From: Longimicrobiales bacterium | GTDB lineage: Bacteria > Gemmatimonadota > Gemmatimonadetes > Longimicrobiales > Gaopeijiaceae | DNA: 64,000 bases | Assembly (NCBI GenBank): GCA_963422615.1 | Contig: OY730414.1 | Coordinates: forward strand, 1,116,001 to 1,180,000 | Direction of reading: 5' to 3' | Position numbers and translations under genes: made by a program | Part shown: positions 59,870 to 64,000 of the stretch, one piece after another | Numbering within the stretch: the stretch's first letter is position 1 | How the letters are laid out: each line of letters begins with the position of its first letter | Notes under the pieces: model-generated | The model's input: only the letters and a program-made list of their open reading frames with translations | Databases searched by the model: none | What the model was told of the DNA's origin: nothing

Positions 59870-62800
59870 GCCGCGAGGTCTCCACAATGGCCAGCCAGGT
59901 GACCAGCTCGAAGTCGGCCGCGCTTGCCGGCTGCCCCGAACGCCTGGGCAGCTTCGCCCCCCTGTTTGTTGCCAAGCCGAGAAGACTTGCCTTGCGGAGG
60001 CCGCCCACGATGCTCCGCAAGCCGGCCGCGAACATCTCTTCGTACTTCTGCATCTCCTGGCCGTGCTGGGTCCCCTGGTCGAAAGCGTCCACGAGTTCGG
60101 TAAGCACCTCCGTGCGGCCCCGCGCCAGTGCGCTGAAGAGGGTCAGGGTCTGCTTGGCCTGCTTGAAGGTGTAGCGCACATTTCCGTCGTTCCGCACGTA
60201 GGCCAGAAAGTACGGGTGCAATCGATTCGGGGTCGGCTCGTCGGGTGTGTTCTTCTGTTTCAGGCAGAAGATTGCTCCCGGACGGAGGTTGCACGGTGGG
60301 GTTGTGCCGCTTGCGGGCGAAGTCTCCGGGGGAACGACGCCTAGGATGCCGAACGGCGCGGCTTCCAGGGCTTTTCGGTTTTCCTGCAAGTACGAGAGCA
60401 GGTCGGCCATGAAGTCGTCCAGAGTGAAGTCACTCAGGGACACTCCTTCGTCCACATCCTCAATATCCAGGATCTCCTCCCGCAGGCGCTGGAGCTGCTG
60501 GTCTCGAAAGCTCAGTTCGATCTGGGCGGATCGGGCGGCAGCTGTCTTCCCCGTGTCCCCGTTCTCCAGCCCGAAGGGGTCGTCCTGGCCGGTGGCTGCG
60601 GCGTCGGCAAGGGCCATCCGCGCTTCCACCCGGTTCTTGAGGTCAAGGTAGCGGTCAAGATCCCTGGTCGGCCAAAAGTTGGCCATGGCAACCCGGTCGT
60701 TCCGGCTCCCGATCCGGTCGATCCGTCCCAGCCGTTGCATAAGGCGGACCGGGTTCCAGTGGATGTCGTAGTTGACCACCAAGTCGCAGTCCTGAAGGTT
60801 CTGCCCCTCCGAGAGGCAGTCCGTGGCGATCAGGATGTCGACTTCTTCGGGCGATTCCGCCTGCTGCGCCCGAGGGGCAAAGCTGGCGATGATATCGGTG
60901 AAGCCTGTCTTGCCACCCGTGGTGGTCTTGTTCTCCTGGCTGCCGGTGACCAGGGCCAGGTGAACCCCGAGTTCCCCGACGACCCAGTCGGCCAGGTTGT
61001 CGTAGAGGTATCGGGCTGTGTCCGCAAAAGTGGTGAAGATGAGCGCCTTCGGGTTCGGCCGCCCGTCCTTGTCCGGGGGGGACGCCTCTACCTTTTTGCG
61101 CAGCACTCGCCTGAGCTGGGCGAGTTTGGCGTCGCGCTGGACGGTGACTCCCTCGGCCAGACGCAGGATCTCCTCGAAGGTCTCCTTGTCCTTCTGCAGA
61201 TCACGGCGCCACGCATCGAGGTCAAGCGCCGACAATCGGTACCGTCGCCTTTTCCCCAGCGTGAACTCCTCGTCCTCTTCCCCTTCGTCGAGATCGAGAA
61301 GTTTGAACTGTTCGTTGCCCGGTTTCTCCCGCCACTTCTCAATGCGCTGGTCAAGCTCGCCCATCTTCTTGATGATTCGCTGCATCGTGAGGGCAAATGA
61401 GTGGACGGAGCTCTCGAGCCGTTTGAGCAGGTTCACGCGGATCATCCCCACGAGCCAGTGCTCCCGGTCGCGCTGGTCGAAATTCCGCTCGGCCTTCTCC
61501 TTGTCCAGATCGGTCGTGTCTCTGACGTACTGCGAGGGCATGTATACGGCAAGGCGGAAACGGCCGATGCGTTCGTGCAGATCGTCATAGGACAGCTCGC
61601 CCCGGCTGTCGCTGGGCGGGTGCAGGTTCTTCGGCTTTGCTCGTTCCGGAAAGCCGCCGATTTTCTTTTCCACCTCGGGGTAGTAGCGACGAATGTGGCT
61701 CCGGGAGCGGGCGATCGTGACCGCGTCCAGGAGGGCCAGGAAGTCGGCGCCCAGCCGTTCCAGAAGGGCCCCCTTGTCCCGAATCCCCGTCTTTTGCGCC
61801 TTTTCTTCCCACTTCCGAAACTCCCGCTCTGCAACCCTGAACAGACTCTCGACGCTTCCCACCCCCAGGCTCTCCCGGAAGGCGTCCTGCCGCTTCTCGG
61901 TCATCAGGTAGACCTGGTTCCGGAGGTCTCGCAGGCTGGTGTTGACGGGCGTGGCCGAGAGCATCAGCACCTTCGTGTGAACTCCCTCCCGGAGTACCTC
62001 GTTTAGCAACCGCCGGTAGCGGCTGCGCCCGACGATGTTGCCCTCGTCGTCCTTCCGGTCCCTTCCTTCGTTGCGGAAGTTGTGGGATTCGTCAATGACG
62101 ATCAGGTCGAAGGCGCTCCAGTTGAACTTTGCAAGGTCGATGTTCCCTGACGTCCCCTTCGCGCGGCTCAGATCCGTGTGCGCGAGCACCGTGTAGCCCA
62201 GCCGATCCTTCTCCAAAGGGTTGTGGCGGTATCCTGCCCAGGACGTGTAGCGTATCCAGTTCTCGCTCAGTCGCTTGGGGCAGAGGACAAGGACCCGTTC
62301 GTTGCGCAGCTCGAAGAACTTGATCACGGCCAGGGCGGTCAGCGTCTTTCCCAGCCCGACGCTGTCGGCGACAATGCAGCCGTTGTGCGTGAGCAGGCGG
62401 TTGATCGCGCTCACGGCGCCGTCCTTCTGGAAGGTGAAGAGCATCTTCCAGACGGCGGTGTCGTGAAGATGAACCGCCTCGACCAGTCCGTCCCGGACTT
62501 GCCGTTCGGCGATCCGGTTTTCAAGGATGTGGAAGAGCGTCTTGTAGTAGACGAACTCCGGTGAGTAGTTTCTGCCGAGGCGCTCGAGGGCATCCAGGAC
62601 GTCCTGTTTCGCGTCCCGGGTCAGGCGCGTGTCGTGCCACAAGTCGTCGAACCAGCGAAGAAGTCCTGCGCGTTCGGCTTCGTCCCGGACCACCAGATTC
62701 AGTTCGATATTGGGGCTGGCGCCCAGGCCGAGACCCCTGCGGGTGAAGTTGGAGCTGCCCAGGAGGGCTGCGGTCTCCCCGGCGCCCCGAGCGACATGGT

Positions 62801-63206
62801 AGAGCCTTCCGTGAAGGAAGTTGATCTTTTCTACCGTGCGGATGTCTGCCCGCTTCCGGATCCAGTTCGCGCACGCGCGGGCGAGGGGCTTTTGAGTCAG
62901 CGCCTGCTTCAGCTCCAACCCGGCGGCGTCCGTTAGCCTGAATGCCTTGGCAACATCGTCGGTGGGGTCCGGCGCGCCCACACCGCGAGGGTCGCCATAG
63001 AGAAAACGCAAGTGACTTATGCCATCCAGCTCGGCGCGCAAGTCGGCGTAGGCGTAGATGGTGAAGTAGGCCGACACCACCGACATCCGCGCTCCGGGGT
63101 CGATTTCTCGGCGCAGAAAGTTCTCCACCTTTCGCACCCGGTTGTCAATGATCGCCGTGGTTTCCGGAGCGGGGTCCAGGGGAGTCGATGTGTGCACTTC
63201 ACTCAC
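59862..63206 (-). CDS. SNF2-family helicase with N-terminal PLD-like nuclease domain
   Basis: SAYFT, LHGRLY...GSSNFT...ELN (PLD), then ADSVGLGKT, IDESHNFRN, LSATP, SEGQNLQ and QRLGRIDRIG. Confidence 0.92.
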   Translation of the reverse strand: MSEVHTSTPLDPAPETTAIIDNRVRKVENFLRREIDPGARMSVVSAYFTIYAYADLRAELDGISHLRFLYGDPRGVGAPDPTDDVAKAFRLTDAAGLELKQALTQKPLARACANWIRKRADIRTVEKINFLHGRLYHVARGAGETAALLGSSNFTRRGLGLGASPNIELNLVVRDEAERAGLLRWFDDLWHDTRLTRDAKQDVLDALERLGRNYSPEFVYYKTLFHILENRIAERQVRDGLVEAVHLHDTAVWKMLFTFQKDGAVSAINRLLTHNGCIVADSVGLGKTLTALAVIKFFELRNERVLVLCPKRLSENWIRYTSWAGYRHNPLEKDRLGYTVLAHTDLSRAKGTSGNIDLAKFNWSAFDLIVIDESHNFRNEGRDRKDDEGNIVGRSRYRRLLNEVLREGVHTKVLMLSATPVNTSLRDLRNQVYLMTEKRQDAFRESLGVGSVESLFRVAEREFRKWEEKAQKTGIRDKGALLERLGADFLALLDAVTIARSRSHIRRYYPEVEKKIGGFPERAKPKNLHPPSDSRGELSYDDLHERIGRFRLAVYMPSQYVRDTTDLDKEKAERNFDQRDREHWLVGMIRVNLLKRLESSVHSFALTMQRIIKKMGELDQRIEKWREKPGNEQFKLLDLDEGEEDEEFTLGKRRRYRLSALDLDAWRRDLQKDKETFEEILRLAEGVTVQRDAKLAQLRRVLRKKVEASPPDKDGRPNPKALIFTTFADTARYLYDNLADWVVGELGVHLALVTGSQENKTTTGGKTGFTDIIASFAPRAQQAESPEEVDILIATDCLSEGQNLQDCDLVVNYDIHWNPVRLMQRLGRIDRIGSRNDRVAMANFWPTRDLDRYLDLKNRVEARMALADAAATGQDDPFGLENGDTGKTAAARSAQIELSFRDQQLQRLREEILDIEDVDEGVSLSDFTLDDFMADLLSYLQENRKALEAAPFGILGVVPPETSPASGTTPPCNLRPGAIFCLKQKNTPDEPTPNRLHPYFLAYVRNDGNVRYTFKQAKQTLTLFSALARGRTEVLTELVDAFDQGTQHGQEMQKYEEMFAAGLRSIVGGLRKASLLGLATNRGAKLPRRSGQPASAADFELVTWLAIVETSRRA

Positions 63207-63864
63207 TTTCCGGGAGAGACTGCCAATGCGTGAGGACTGCCTTCTCCGATAGCTCCGCCAAGTTCGTCCGGTAGCCGGAATGGCCGTTCCCGGTAATGGC
63301 TCCGATGCTCTTCAGCCACAACACACAGGCGGAAACCTGGTACTTGGGAACCGCCGCAACTCCCCGATGGATGTCATCTACCCTGAATCGATTCCCGTAC
63401 TGACCGTGTTCCGTGACCGTTTGCACAACGAGTCGAACCGTATTCCACGGCGTACGATGAAAGTACTCTTCACCCGTTTTCCTTCCCCATCCGACCTTGA
63501 CGAGCTTTTGGCCGTTCCTTTCGAATCGAGGGTACGTTGGTAGGACAGTCGACGGTCCTCTTCCGTCGGAGTGCGACTCATCTTGACCGGTCCCCTCGCC
63601 ATCATCCCCACCGGGGCCCTCGATTAGACCCTGGGTCAAGATCGCGATTGCGCTCGATATCTTGGCAGCAATCCGGTCCATCGCGGCGACTTCGGCGTGT
63701 TCGTGCTTCTCCAGGTTGGCGCTAATGAGTGCCTGGAGGGCCTTTCTTGCTTCCACGAGGATGCGATAAGCTTCGTTGACGTCGACTTTCACCTTGGAAG
63801 TATCTCCCGGTCGGACGTTTGCGCCTGGCCGCGTCGGGGGACGATGCGGATCCGGTCCGTGCAA
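63199..63864 (-). CDS. Hypothetical protein, possible C-terminal winged-helix DNA-binding domain
   Basis: Overlaps the helicase start. N-terminal helical segment, YPRFER...LVKVGW, VPKYQVSACVLWLKSIGAI...GY. Start is uncertain. Confidence 0.5.
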   Translation of the reverse strand: MHGPDPHRPPTRPGANVRPGDTSKVKVDVNEAYRILVEARKALQALISANLEKHEHAEVAAMDRIAAKISSAIAILTQGLIEGPGGDDGEGTGQDESHSDGRGPSTVLPTYPRFERNGQKLVKVGWGRKTGEEYFHRTPWNTVRLVVQTVTEHGQYGNRFRVDDIHRGVAAVPKYQVSACVLWLKSIGAITGNGHSGYRTNLAELSEKAVLTHWQSLPESE

Positions 63865-64000
63865 ACAAATGGACTCCGCCCGATACGATTAGCCTCGCCT
63901 GCGTCGGTCCGAAAGATCTTCCCAGGTGGGTTGGCGTTGGCGGGTTGGTGCATGTGGTTGGCCCCGTAGGCTCACTTCTCACACGAGGAGCCTTGGCTGC

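Noticed and set aside
56177..63206. Calling the helicase-MTase pair DISARM or a second BREX
   Set aside because: No drmA/drmB (DUF1998) or brx/pglZ genes are adjacent within the window; genes beyond 64000 cannot be seen.

Overview
High-GC bacterial window. The housekeeping content (leuS, tkt, VPS10/BNR hydrolase, M28 peptidase, TonB receptor, Sdh1-type succinate dehydrogenase) resembles Gemmatimonadota-like genomes; this assignment is an inference. Two defence regions interrupt it. (1) About 18.4-50.8 kb: a DndFGH/SspFGH/MAD6-8-like three-gene module (P-loop protein, G-like protein, 1689-aa PD-(D/E)XK + HerA/FtsK ATPase), a membrane-anchored MutS-domain-V ATPase, and a complete type 1 BREX set (brxA-brxB-brxC-pglX-pglZ-brxL). 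pglX is split at a G11 tract, and gene remnants plus a 41-bp repeat lie between pglX and pglZ. These are followed by a NACHT/STAND NTPase with a C-terminal nuclease-like domain, an AAA_14-DUF4143 ATPase, a perfect 34-bp palindrome and a phosphorothioate-sensing SBD-HNH nuclease. (2) About 56.2-63.9 kb: a PLD-SNF2 helicase whose HxK motif reads HxR, plus an Eco57I/type IIG-like adenine methyltransferase with an in-frame C21 tract. The best candidate for an undescribed system is an FGH-type restriction module apparently licensed by BREX methylation rather than phosphorothioation. Both DNA methyltransferases in the window look switchable by homopolymer slippage. All family calls come from motif recognition by eye; no database searches were run.
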